Source: a virus
Lineage: Duplodnaviria > Caudoviricetes
Virus record (IMG/VR): IMGVR_UViG_3300005841_000939
Strand: one strand, 5' to 3'
Length of the DNA: 64,000 nucleotides
In this document: one piece after another, positions 17,530 to 25,973 of the stretch
Layout: every line of letters begins with the position of its first letter
Numbering within the stretch: position 1 is the stretch's first letter
Position numbers and translations under genes: made by a program
Notes under the pieces: generated by a model
Database searches by the model: none
Told to the model about the DNA's origin: nothing
Seen by the model: only the letters and a program-made list of their open reading frames with translations

Positions 17530-17734
17530 TAAAAATCCAATGTTTTTTATGAGTCTCTATTATTTCTTCTATTGTATACCCCAAAGATTGTATATGCAAA
17601 TAACCATTTGGTAATACCGAATAATTAGGTATAGTATCTGGAAAATTCTTTAAAAACAATTCAGGATATGCTTTCCAAGAAGCGTACTGATGTCTGTTGA
17701 TTTTATTTTGGAGAATAAGATTTGTTAATATCAT
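17516..17734 (-). CDS. KxxR-array protein
   Basis: KINRHQY. Confidence 0.75.
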   Translation of the reverse strand: MILTNLILQNKINRHQYASWKAYPELFLKNFPDTIPNYSVLPNGYLHIQSLGYTIEEIIETHKKHWIFNEKS

Positions 17735-18180
17735 AAATCATATTGCCATTCTTTTCCTGCTTTAAATCCATATTTAAGATATGCTGCTTGAGCTTTCATG
17801 TTGGTATCTTCAACAAACAACGTCAGTTTATCACACCCTTCAGCTATGGCTATCTTTTTGCAAGCATCTAGCAGTCTCATTAAGTGACCTCTTCGTCTAA
17901 ATTCTTGTGCAATAATGACACCGTCAATATATAAATTTTTGGCGTTTCTCCAATCACTAAATTTAAATGATGCTCTCAGACATCCAACATAATTTTCTTC
18001 ATCTTCAGCGATCAGATAAAATCCATGTTCAGCAGTTTTTGCATTAAGAATTGTTGTTATTCCATCAACTAACTTTGGAGGAATTTCATTATATTCTTCC
18101 ATTGCCAAATTATATTGGAGGAAGATTAATGGGGTTAAATGTTCTATTGTAGCTCTGCGTATTGTCATAATATTATTCAA
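17731..18180 (-). CDS. GNAT-family N-acetyltransferase
   Basis: Motif A VIIAQEFRRRGHLMRLL and motif B LFVEDTNMKAQAAYLKYGF. Confidence 0.9.
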   Translation of the reverse strand: MNNIMTIRRATIEHLTPLIFLQYNLAMEEYNEIPPKLVDGITTILNAKTAEHGFYLIAEDEENYVGCLRASFKFSDWRNAKNLYIDGVIIAQEFRRRGHLMRLLDACKKIAIAEGCDKLTLFVEDTNMKAQAAYLKYGFKAGKEWQYDL

Positions 18181-18478
18181 AGGATGATGGTTTACTTTCC
18201 ATCACATAAACTGTTGTTTGATGTGACGATGGAAATACTACTAAATGCTTTTTAATTAAAAAATCCAATCTTATGTACGCTATTGGATACAGATGCAATT
18301 TATAGAAAAGTAAACCTTGGAAAGAATTTCTTGTAATCTTATGTGAAAGAACATGATCTGTTGTAGTTGTATATACTCTTTCTCTAAAATCTTTTGCAGT
18401 TGCAACATATTCACTGCCCAAAAAACTATAATTTACTATGTCCACACGTACTTTCAATGGTTCAAAATGCAATTGCAT
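18173..18478 (-). CDS. KxxR-array protein (motif internal)
   Basis: KITRNSF...IRLDFLIKK. Confidence 0.75.
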   Translation of the reverse strand: MQLHFEPLKVRVDIVNYSFLGSEYVATAKDFRERVYTTTTDHVLSHKITRNSFQGLLFYKLHLYPIAYIRLDFLIKKHLVVFPSSHQTTVYVMESKPSSFE

Positions 18479-18480
18479 AA

Positions 18481-18747
18481 TTAATATTTGTAAATTTCTA
18501 ATAAACGTGGCGTGGAATCATCATGTATTTTAACAAAATAAAATCTTGTTGCTAACCAATATTTAACAAAATCATTTGATAATTTTATTTCTATTGAATA
18601 TCTATTAAATTTTGAAAATCTCCTACGATTATAGGTTTTAAGAACCCAGTCTATTTGTATATGATCAGTATCATCGCTTACAAGCAACTCCTCAAAATAA
18701 GGATTTTGTTTAGGCTTAGGCACGAAATATTTAAAAAAAGAATTCAT
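18481..18747 (-). CDS. KxxR-array protein (motif internal)
   Basis: KFNRYS. Confidence 0.75.
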   Translation of the reverse strand: MNSFFKYFVPKPKQNPYFEELLVSDDTDHIQIDWVLKTYNRRRFSKFNRYSIEIKLSNDFVKYWLATRFYFVKIHDDSTPRLLEIYKY

Positions 18748-18995
18748 ACCACATATCCTTTTGGCTCAATAACTCCTTTTGTTTTAAGAAAATAAAATCG
18801 CATATAATGCAAGAAGTACCATTGAAAATTTTGTTTGATTACATGTCTATGAACAACACTATTAACTTCTGAATAAAATACCAGAATATCAGACCTTTGC
18901 AAAAATCCGTCAGTGTTTACTACAGCTAAACTATATCTAGGAATTTCAAACTTGCAAAATGCAGCATTATGATAATTAAAACTAATAGACATCAA
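18744..18995 (-). CDS. KxxR-array protein (motif weak)
   Basis: EIPRYS...YMRFYFL. Confidence 0.65.
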   Translation of the reverse strand: MMSISFNYHNAAFCKFEIPRYSLAVVNTDGFLQRSDILVFYSEVNSVVHRHVIKQNFQWYFLHYMRFYFLKTKGVIEPKGYVV

Positions 18996-19690
18996 AAAAT
19001 TTCAGCTTTAACAATATCAAGAACCTGTTTACATTTTTCTAAATCAAATAAATCGTTAGTTCTTAGTTTTGATTCCATATCAATCCAAGTTGGAATTGTT
19101 TCTGTTTTACTCAGAATATCTAATAGGTTTTCTTTGACATTTTCTGGACCCATTCCACCTGCATATCCACAATACCTACCAGGAAGTGGTTCCTGCCATT
19201 TGGTTGCTTCAATTCCACGGCCACCCGATGCATCAAATAGGAATGCGTGGTTCGTATAATGAACCATATGATGCCATATATGCCCATTACTGACATTATG
19301 CTGCGTTAAAAACGTTTTGTCTGGTGTTAGTACAAACAAATTTTCTAAGTCGCTTAAATCAAATGGATTTTTATGTATGTTGAAATTTAGCTGAATCCGT
19401 TGAAATGGTTTAATCAAGGTAAGCATTTCATGATCACCATTTAATATTCTAGGAACTGCATCTCCGCACAAATGAATAGCAAAATTGCCTGTATGTCGTT
19501 TATATATTTCTTCTGAAAGTTCTTTAATCCATTTTTCACTTGGGTATCGCCCACCACCTCCACACCTTTTTGGTGAAAATAATATACCCCATTCAACAAA
19601 GTTGTATTGATCACTCAATTCAAATAACTTATTGATAGGAGTTGAATCATCAGCACCAGTCAAGGTACAAATAAATTTAGGACGATACAT
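18992..19690 (-). CDS. Phosphoribosylanthranilate-isomerase-like TIM-barrel protein
   Basis: CTLTGAD, EWGILFS, FLFDASGGRG, GYAGGMGPENV, WIDMESKLR match the PRAI-like family seen in large phages. Confidence 0.75.
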   Translation of the reverse strand: MYRPKFICTLTGADDSTPINKLFELSDQYNFVEWGILFSPKRCGGGGRYPSEKWIKELSEEIYKRHTGNFAIHLCGDAVPRILNGDHEMLTLIKPFQRIQLNFNIHKNPFDLSDLENLFVLTPDKTFLTQHNVSNGHIWHHMVHYTNHAFLFDASGGRGIEATKWQEPLPGRYCGYAGGMGPENVKENLLDILSKTETIPTWIDMESKLRTNDLFDLEKCKQVLDIVKAEIF

Positions 19691-19709
19691 AAGAGCTTTC
19701 TAATTGTTG

Positions 19710-19737
19710 TTGACAACTAACATTTTTATTTGAAAAT
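19710..19737 (+). promoter_or_regulatory. sigma70-like promoter TTGACA-N16-GAAAAT
   Basis: 6 nt upstream of ATG 19744; same geometry as other promoters in the window. Confidence 0.45.
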
Positions 19738-19743
19738 CGTAAT

Positions 19744-19932
19744 ATGTCAAGAGCACAATTACTAGAAGAAATCAAAAAATTAGAGGATCAAGAATCACAA
19801 TTGATGATTCAATGGTCTGAGGCTACAGATCCTTTAATTATTGAATTACTTTCTGCAACATTGGAATTGACAAGAGCAGGTATAAAATTATCTAAAGTTG
19901 GACTTAAAATTGAAGACGCTAATAGATTTTAG
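19744..19932 (+). CDS. Small helical/coiled-coil protein, the only plausible plus-strand gene inside the array
   Basis: Fills the gap between minus-strand genes, has its own promoter-like site, amphipathic helices. Confidence 0.65.
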   Translation: MSRAQLLEEIKKLEDQESQLMIQWSEATDPLIIELLSATLELTRAGIKLSKVGLKIEDANRF

Positions 19933-20219
19933 AAAAACAATCTAGTAAACTTCTCGCGAGTTTTTATTTTATATTTATTTGATAAGAATAACAAACATAA
20001 GACTACAAAATTTTCATTCTCAATTTTTTCATATGTTTCAATATTAGTATTACGTGTAAACTTATAAGTTTTATCACTTATAATCATATAACATATCCAC
20101 TCATTACGATGATATATTATCTCACATGGCGAATGACTTATTAATGTTATTGATGCTGTACGAAAATTTGTAGAGCCAATTAACTTTGCAGGCTTTAATG
20201 TAGTATTCTCCAAGTTCAT
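19929..20219 (-). CDS. KxxR-array protein (motif internal)
   Basis: KFTRNT...LLFLSNKY. Confidence 0.7.
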   Translation of the reverse strand: MNLENTTLKPAKLIGSTNFRTASITLISHSPCEIIYHRNEWICYMIISDKTYKFTRNTNIETYEKIENENFVVLCLLFLSNKYKIKTREKFTRLFF

Positions 20220-20328
20220 ATAAGTACTTTTGATTATTTCGCGTTACTTTTCTATTAAGTTCATATAAAGCTAATTGCAATTGAATTAATTCAGAATCAC
20301 TAAAATCAGAATAGTAATCTTTCATCAA
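20122..20328 (-). CDS. KxxR-array protein
   Basis: KVTRNN. Confidence 0.7.
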   Translation of the reverse strand: MMKDYYSDFSDSELIQLQLALYELNRKVTRNNQKYLYELGEYYIKACKVNWLYKFSYSINNINKSFAM

Positions 20329-20530
20329 CAGACATTATAACACCTTTATCAATTAACCATTTTGTGCGCCAATATATAAACCCATCAGACGTATTATAAA
20401 TGTCAAAAATATATTTACTTGTTTGACGATTTACATTACACTTTAGATCATTCCATTCCTCTTCATAATATATGTCGCTTGAATCCTTGACATTAATTTT
20501 GAATACTCTCTCAAACATAGTATATCGCAA
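20306..20530 (-). CDS. KxxR-array protein
   Basis: NVNRQT. Confidence 0.7.
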   Translation of the reverse strand: MRYTMFERVFKINVKDSSDIYYEEEWNDLKCNVNRQTSKYIFDIYNTSDGFIYWRTKWLIDKGVIMSVDERLLF

Positions 20531-20585
20531 GTTTACAGTGTTCTTTTGTTAAGCAATCAAGAAGTGTTTCCTAAACATAAAGGAT

Positions 20586-20879
20586 TTAAGAGATAGCATG
20601 CGCCACCATTTCCTCATCCTCACATGTATTTTTTGCAAGCCATAAATGCGAAACTATTTCAAACCCTACGCCAAAGAATTCATGATCATAATCCATCAAA
20701 TCTTCTTTAATGGCATAAGTTCCATATCTAGATTCTGGCATCATAAGCATATATACAAAACATAATAACATTTCGCTATCAGTTTCATTAAATCCACCAT
20801 ATATTTCAGAAATTTCTTCATAATATTTTTCAGAAATACAATATGAATCCACTTCTCTATCACGTATGTCTAGCGCCAT
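20586..20879 (-). CDS. Acidic hypothetical protein in array (motif weak)
   Basis: PESRYGTY; coupled to neighbour. Confidence 0.65.
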   Translation of the reverse strand: MALDIRDREVDSYCISEKYYEEISEIYGGFNETDSEMLLCFVYMLMMPESRYGTYAIKEDLMDYDHEFFGVGFEIVSHLWLAKNTCEDEEMVAHAIS

Positions 20880-21238
20880 TGATTTTTGTCCGATAAAAAT
20901 TCTAAAAATTGGTTTTCATGTTTAATATCATTTAAAAATAATATAGACAATGCAATAAGTTTAATTTCAGCATCTATTGCGTCTTTAAAAAATAAATTAT
21001 TTTCTTCTTCATACCTACCTATTTTTTCAGCATCTTTATCTATTTTCAATGCCATTTTAAGATATTTTTTATTTCTAGGAACTTCAAAAACAAATCCCCT
21101 ACCATGTTCAAGCGTTGAATAATTTGAAATTATATTTATGGTATCATTGAAATACCGACGAAAACTAGTATTATCTTCATCCTTAAAAGTAAAATACAAA
21201 GAATGACCTTCGCTATCTTTTCTCATGAAGATTATCAT
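20870..21238 (-). CDS. KxxR-array protein (motif internal)
   Basis: KIGRYE...LSILFL. Confidence 0.7.
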   Translation of the reverse strand: MIIFMRKDSEGHSLYFTFKDEDNTSFRRYFNDTINIISNYSTLEHGRGFVFEVPRNKKYLKMALKIDKDAEKIGRYEEENNLFFKDAIDAEIKLIALSILFLNDIKHENQFLEFLSDKNQWR

Positions 21239-21558
21239 TCAATGTCCCTAAACACCATTTTCTTCCATTCTATATCTTTTTCATTAAACCACAACCATTT
21301 TAGTTCAACAAGAGAACAAGGTCTGTTTGAATCGCAAAAATCTTTATCTTCTGATTGTGTTAATCTATTATTAAATCTACTTACTTGTTCATTAATATAT
21401 TTAAGAATAGATGATTTTGACATTACCCAATGACAAGAATTATCTTCTAAGTCAGTGACATATAACCATATGTGTTTATTATGTTTTTCACGAAGGATTC
21501 TTCCTACTTGAAAAAACTTAGATTGTGAGGAATCATACACTTGTAAAAAGCTATCCAT
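21235..21558 (-). CDS. Hypothetical protein in array (motif weak)
   Basis: QVSRFN; ATGA overlap. Confidence 0.65.
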   Translation of the reverse strand: MDSFLQVYDSSQSKFFQVGRILREKHNKHIWLYVTDLEDNSCHWVMSKSSILKYINEQVSRFNNRLTQSEDKDFCDSNRPCSLVELKWLWFNEKDIEWKKMVFRDIE

Positions 21559-21622
21559 AACGTAAATTCCTTATGGTAAAATGATTTCAAAACTTAATAT
21601 CTATAACTATCTATACTCTCTT

Positions 21623-21892
21623 TCAATTGAAAAACCCAAAATGTGCATAAAAATATTCACCGCTTGCCTCTACATCAGAATATTTTCTTTGTAAAAAATG
21701 CGTAACTAACATCGCTAAATTACAATTTTTAAATGTATTACCACCGTTGTCATGCCTGTTTATTTTAATTGATAATGATATATTGATCTCTTTGTATGAA
21801 GGAAAAACTATAGAACCTTCTTTAACACGAAGATAAAACAAATCTTCACAGCAAATGGATATTACTTTATCATAAATAAAGTCCATTACCAT
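21623..21892 (-). CDS. KxxR-array protein (motif internal)
   Basis: IKINRHD...LVTHFLQRKY. Confidence 0.75.
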   Translation of the reverse strand: MVMDFIYDKVISICCEDLFYLRVKEGSIVFPSYKEINISLSIKINRHDNGGNTFKNCNLAMLVTHFLQRKYSDVEASGEYFYAHFGFFN

Positions 21893-22200
21893 TTTATCTC
21901 ATATTCTGTTGTGATAAATACTTCTGTACAATTCATATCCGTCTTATCATCAGTGTTTAAAAACTTTTTAATAAGTATAGGCATTGGAATAGTTACAATC
22001 ATGAATGTATTTGTTATATCTTGTCTTCCAATTTTTATCTGAAGAAGTTGATCAACATATGATATTCTTAATCTTACTGTTTGTATAGTGTCATCTTTAG
22101 TATTAATTACATATTGGTCATTTTCAACATGAACTGTTCCTCTTTTTATTAAAGATACATATGTAATTACTGGATCAAAACTAGGCAGTTGGTATTGCAT
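21886..22200 (-). CDS. KxxR-array protein (motif internal)
   Basis: IKIGRQD...LIKKFL. Confidence 0.75.
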   Translation of the reverse strand: MQYQLPSFDPVITYVSLIKRGTVHVENDQYVINTKDDTIQTVRLRISYVDQLLQIKIGRQDITNTFMIVTIPMPILIKKFLNTDDKTDMNCTEVFITTEYEIKW

Positions 22201-22486
22201 GTTTTTTATTCCAATCGCGCTGATGGACTTCCCACATGACAGCCAATGTTAAAGTATAATCCTCATAGGTTTTCTTAATGCGCAAATATTTTAATGGATC
22301 AAACATCTTTTCTGGATTGATGTTTATCCAATCTTTAACAGTTTCGCGCTGCATGTCCTTCAATAGTTCACGTTGAAACGCAAGCTCATGGGCATATTCT
22401 TTAATAAAAAATTCTTCAAATTTTTTATCTGTATACCGAAATACAAATCCGGATTCATCATCCCATGATTCAGGCTTTAAGATCAT
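22181..22486 (-). CDS. Hypothetical protein
   Basis: ORF coupled to both neighbours. Confidence 0.7.
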   Translation of the reverse strand: MILKPESWDDESGFVFRYTDKKFEEFFIKEYAHELAFQRELLKDMQRETVKDWININPEKMFDPLKYLRIKKTYEDYTLTLAVMWEVHQRDWNKKHAIPTA

Positions 22487-22911
22487 GATTCTTTAGATTT
22501 TGATTCTGCGTCATGCACTTGTTTAACAAGATGGCTAATTTCACGAACCAATTCTAATCCAACGGAAACACTTTCTCCAGGACGTAAGCAATCAACTAAA
22601 TCTCCCAATCTATTAATTACTCTATTCATATAATATTTTCTAGCACTTAAAGATAATGCATGATCTTTAGTTATACCTGGAAACGCATTTATTGATTGTA
22701 ATTCTTCAACAGTAGTTGGTAATTTTATTTGCTTTTTAAATAACTTATTCCAAAAAGATTGATTGTGTTTAACACAAGCGTCTTGCACTTCTTTAAGAAA
22801 AAGATTATTTAATTCAATAATGTGCTCATCTCTTTCTTTAATAAGAAGTTCTCTTACTTTTGCCAACACATTACCAGAAATTACAACATGAGTAGTAGTA
22901 CATTCAGACAT
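22483..22911 (-). CDS. Hypothetical helical protein
   Basis: 142-aa ORF in operon. Confidence 0.7.
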   Translation of the reverse strand: MSECTTTHVVISGNVLAKVRELLIKERDEHIIELNNLFLKEVQDACVKHNQSFWNKLFKKQIKLPTTVEELQSINAFPGITKDHALSLSARKYYMNRVINRLGDLVDCLRPGESVSVGLELVREISHLVKQVHDAESKSKES

Positions 22912-22915
22912 TTTA

Positions 22916-23134
22916 TTAGATGAATGGGTCTAAACCTTTTTCCCAAAGGAAGAGAACAACCAAACCTTTCACTTGCCATTCTACTTCGTCATTTACTATA
23001 CGCAAATAGCAACCTTTACACCAAATTTTGTTCTCTAGGTCTAAAAATTCAGTTGAATCCTCTTCTGTAGGTACCCATCCATCACGAACTTGAAGCAAAT
23101 AGGATATAACAAATGCTTTTTCTTTTTGCTTCAT
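22916..23134 (-). CDS. Hypothetical protein
   Basis: 72-aa ORF; TGG-TATAAT extended -10-like site upstream. Confidence 0.65.
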   Translation of the reverse strand: MKQKEKAFVISYLLQVRDGWVPTEEDSTEFLDLENKIWCKGCYLRIVNDEVEWQVKGLVVLFLWEKGLDPFI

Positions 23135-23213
23135 AGTGGCATTTTCTCCACCATCTATTTAGCAAAATAAGGATCCTATTATACCACCATTTAAAATAAT
23201 TTAAATTAGGTTT

Positions 23214-24866
23214 TTAGAGACTGACCTGCTTCCATCCGCTATCATTCCACGATCCGGTTCCATTTGGATGTGAAAAGATGTTATCAGGGAATTGATGGTC
23301 AATTAATTTTGATTTGGTGGGGGTTTTCTGTGCGAATGCCAAAGTTTTATCACTAATTGGTACCACGACAACACCCACAGGAGTTAATGAGAAAATTGGG
23401 CTATGAAACGTGTGGCTTGAATCTAGGATAGTATGCGTACCTTCCGAATTCCAGTAATGCATTTCATACAAGCCTTGCTTCTCAGTAACTAGAATGAGGT
23501 TTCCATATTCTGAATGCCAGGCTGCTATCTTCTTGCCCTTTATTTCTTTCAACGCAACATCTACAAATTTATTTTGTCCGAGATACGCTTTCCAATATGG
23601 CATACCGAGTAAGTAATGAATGAAATTACCAGCAACTCCATTTTTAATTCCAGGAGTTGTTTCACCAACAGCCTTGCTGGTAAGAACCCAATTGATACCA
23701 ACCTTGGTAAATGAATAGTGGAAAATCTTACCATCCTGATTTACTACAAAGAAAGTATTATCGTTTGACAGATACCAATGCTTTGCATTAGGATGAGTCA
23801 TATATTGATTATGATTTGAATCTAGGATCTTATCATCCTTACGATAAAACCATTGCTGCTTATTCTCAGGATGGGTAATGATCCACGTTGAATTATCCAA
23901 TGCAACGTTTGCAGGATAAATGTTTTGATTGATATAGACGTTGCTTGCTGACCATGCAACTACAGTTCCATTTGCCATGCCATAACAGCCCAGCAAATCA
24001 TTTGCGTGTTGCTCATTACTGATTTTCCAACCAACAATTTGTGCAATCTTCTGAACCATCTGAATAACAGCGCCGCGAACAAATCCTGGAGGAGCTGAAC
24101 GCTTACCATTTTGGAAAACATCTTTGTACCAATCCAACATTGGACCAGGTATTGCGCTCCAATCTCTCACAACTGGAGAAACTTTCACACTTGAATCAAA
24201 CACAGAAAGATTCAAACGCATTCTTTCTGTGAATGAAAGTCCCTTTGGTTCTTTGCCTTTGAATGGATGAATGCCCGTCCACAATTGAAATGTGACAATC
24301 CCCCAACCATACCAATCAGATTCTTTATTGAACTTATTATTTTTCTCAGTCAATGGATCACGGACAGATGCCATGATTGCTGTTGCATGATGCGATGGTG
24401 TTTGCCATGCATCGGTATCAATAATCGTAGTTGACCAATTGACTTCATCAAGAAGCCAATTCATTTCATTTGCATCAACTATCAAACAATTTGCATCATG
24501 GACAGATTGCATAATCTCTGCCATTTCTTTACAAATGTTGTTGATGTTTTTACCTTTGAGATTTGCCCGAGTTTGTGCAGGAGTTGTAATATAAGTACAC
24601 AACGGTTTGCCACCCATGACAGCAGGCATCCAATATCCGATACGCTTGCCATTGGTATCGTAAATACTTCCTTCTGATTTTATAACACGTTTGTCTTTGA
24701 TCAAACTAAGTTCTTGCAACTTTGATTCAGGAATACCATTCGCAGGATCATGCCAAATTTTGTAGGCACGATCACCTTTCACATAAACTGTACCTTCACC
24801 ACCATCACCGACTTTCTCTTTGTCAGCAAGAGTGTAGAGCATTCCATTGTTGTCTTTAATTTTCAT
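23214..24866 (-). CDS. Ser/Thr protein kinase, YegI/TerY-P type, with C-terminal beta-rich domain
   Basis: Gly loop GDGGEGTVY, AYKIWH, catalytic IVDANEMN, IDTDAW, SDWYGWGIVTFQLWTGIHPFKG. Start placed at ATG 24866, which overlaps the phosphatase TGA. Confidence 0.88.
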   Translation of the reverse strand: MKIKDNNGMLYTLADKEKVGDGGEGTVYVKGDRAYKIWHDPANGIPESKLQELSLIKDKRVIKSEGSIYDTNGKRIGYWMPAVMGGKPLCTYITTPAQTRANLKGKNINNICKEMAEIMQSVHDANCLIVDANEMNWLLDEVNWSTTIIDTDAWQTPSHHATAIMASVRDPLTEKNNKFNKESDWYGWGIVTFQLWTGIHPFKGKEPKGLSFTERMRLNLSVFDSSVKVSPVVRDWSAIPGPMLDWYKDVFQNGKRSAPPGFVRGAVIQMVQKIAQIVGWKISNEQHANDLLGCYGMANGTVVAWSASNVYINQNIYPANVALDNSTWIITHPENKQQWFYRKDDKILDSNHNQYMTHPNAKHWYLSNDNTFFVVNQDGKIFHYSFTKVGINWVLTSKAVGETTPGIKNGVAGNFIHYLLGMPYWKAYLGQNKFVDVALKEIKGKKIAAWHSEYGNLILVTEKQGLYEMHYWNSEGTHTILDSSHTFHSPIFSLTPVGVVVVPISDKTLAFAQKTPTKSKLIDHQFPDNIFSHPNGTGSWNDSGWKQVSL

Positions 24867-25699
24867 GACACGACAGTCCTGATGAGAGCAGCACATGAAA
24901 AGTCATCATGATGATAGATGGAATTCTTTCCCATCGTCTGACGCATCTTTCCCCAACACCGCTTTAAAAAGTTTCCATTGGTGTTTGGAATGTGAATCAA
25001 CTCGCGGATGATTTTATCAAATGGATAATTATCAACTACTGGAATACCATTTGAATTGGTAACTTTTTGTTTGAATGATGTAATACCATCAGTCATGATA
25101 AAAACTTTTAATGGACTGATGAAAGTAAATGCTTCAAAATCAGTTTTACTTTCAACGACATCAACATCAATGCCATTTCCTTGCGCATCATAATGAAATG
25201 TGCGAATAGTTTTTGTCATATCAACAGTTTTCAATGCTTCTCTTCTTTTATCGCTTAACAAATATGAAAGATAAAGCGGAGTATTCTCTTTGTAATCAAC
25301 AATGATGACATCATAAGAACCATCTGATTTGACGACACAAATTGTGCCATCGCCCCACATAGTTGCTTTGACATTATCTCCTTCAGTTGTTGCAAAAATG
25401 AGTGTTGCATCCAATGATTGCTGAACGATACCAGGAATATTTATTTGCTGGCAATGCGTAAAGTGAAGAATTGCATGCGCCATATCTTCCCACTTCGTGT
25501 AGTTGGCAGCATATGACGCAAAATTTGAAATGGCGAATGAAACTAAAAGTCTTGAACCCCAATCACTATCGGGTGAACTGCTGCAACCATCCGAAACACA
25601 CAAAAAAACATCAGTTGCTGATTTTGAAGTTCCAGCAAAATCCTGACAAACTTCATGATCGTGGCCGATACGATAAAAAGAATCTTTGACCCAACTCAT
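24863..25699 (-). CDS. PP2C-like protein phosphatase, YegK/PphC type
   Basis: GHDHEVCQD, VSDGCSS, DATL, WGDG, MTDG, DDFS metal-binding motifs. Confidence 0.88.
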   Translation of the reverse strand: MSWVKDSFYRIGHDHEVCQDFAGTSKSATDVFLCVSDGCSSSPDSDWGSRLLVSFAISNFASYAANYTKWEDMAHAILHFTHCQQINIPGIVQQSLDATLIFATTEGDNVKATMWGDGTICVVKSDGSYDVIIVDYKENTPLYLSYLLSDKRREALKTVDMTKTIRTFHYDAQGNGIDVDVVESKTDFEAFTFISPLKVFIMTDGITSFKQKVTNSNGIPVVDNYPFDKIIRELIHIPNTNGNFLKRCWGKMRQTMGKNSIYHHDDFSCAALIRTVVS

Positions 25700-25929
25700 A
25701 CATCATCCTTGTCTTCAGGAAAGGTATAATACACAGGCTTTTGACATACCGGGCAAATTGGACCTTTAGATTCACTTTTTATATACATATTTGAAACATG
25801 GCCTTTTGTGCAGCGCCATGTAGGTTTATCAAGCCAACGCTCAGGAATGTCCAAGAATTTTGGACCTTTTTCCTTTTTATAGGCTTCTACTATAATTTTT
25901 GGTCTATTAGGATCAAATGGTAATGACAT
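25696..25929 (-). CDS. Small Zn-ribbon protein
   Basis: WRCTKGH...PICPVCQ; coupled to the phosphatase gene. Confidence 0.65.
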   Translation of the reverse strand: MSLPFDPNRPKIIVEAYKKEKGPKFLDIPERWLDKPTWRCTKGHVSNMYIKSESKGPICPVCQKPVYYTFPEDKDDV

Positions 25930-25938
25930 GTAACCTAC

Positions 25939-25966
25939 AACATACCATCTAAACCATTGATGTCAA
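25939..25966 (-). promoter_or_regulatory. sigma70-like promoter TTGACA-N16-TATGTT for the Zn-ribbon/phosphatase/kinase operon
   Basis: 9 nt upstream of ATG 25929; TG extension before -10. Confidence 0.6.
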
Positions 25967-25973
25967 CTACTTA

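Larger units (their letters stand above)
1..22200 (-). other. Tandem array of ~80 short paralogous ORFs sharing a K-x-[NTDS]-R-[QHNY]-x-Y motif (called KxxR array here)
   Basis: 72 track ORFs plus ~10 short or start-less frames translated by hand; all on the minus strand, mostly coupled by ATGA/TAATG overlaps; the motif recurs in nearly all (MKENRQTY, MKINRQTY, MKITRHSY, KIDRQDY). Confidence 0.9.

Noticed and set aside
1-22200. Short ORFs as fragments of longer genes under stop-codon reassignment (TAG or TGA recoding)
   Set aside because: All three stops are used, successive ORFs change frame through ATGA/TAATG overlaps, each ORF has its own motif copy, and long genes elsewhere read cleanly in code 11.
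1-22200. Array as integron cassettes, a shufflon or a DGR target set, with the motif being a DNA recombination site
   Set aside because: The motif is encoded by varied synonymous codons, no attC-like inverted repeats separate the genes, and no integrase, invertase or reverse transcriptase is in the window.
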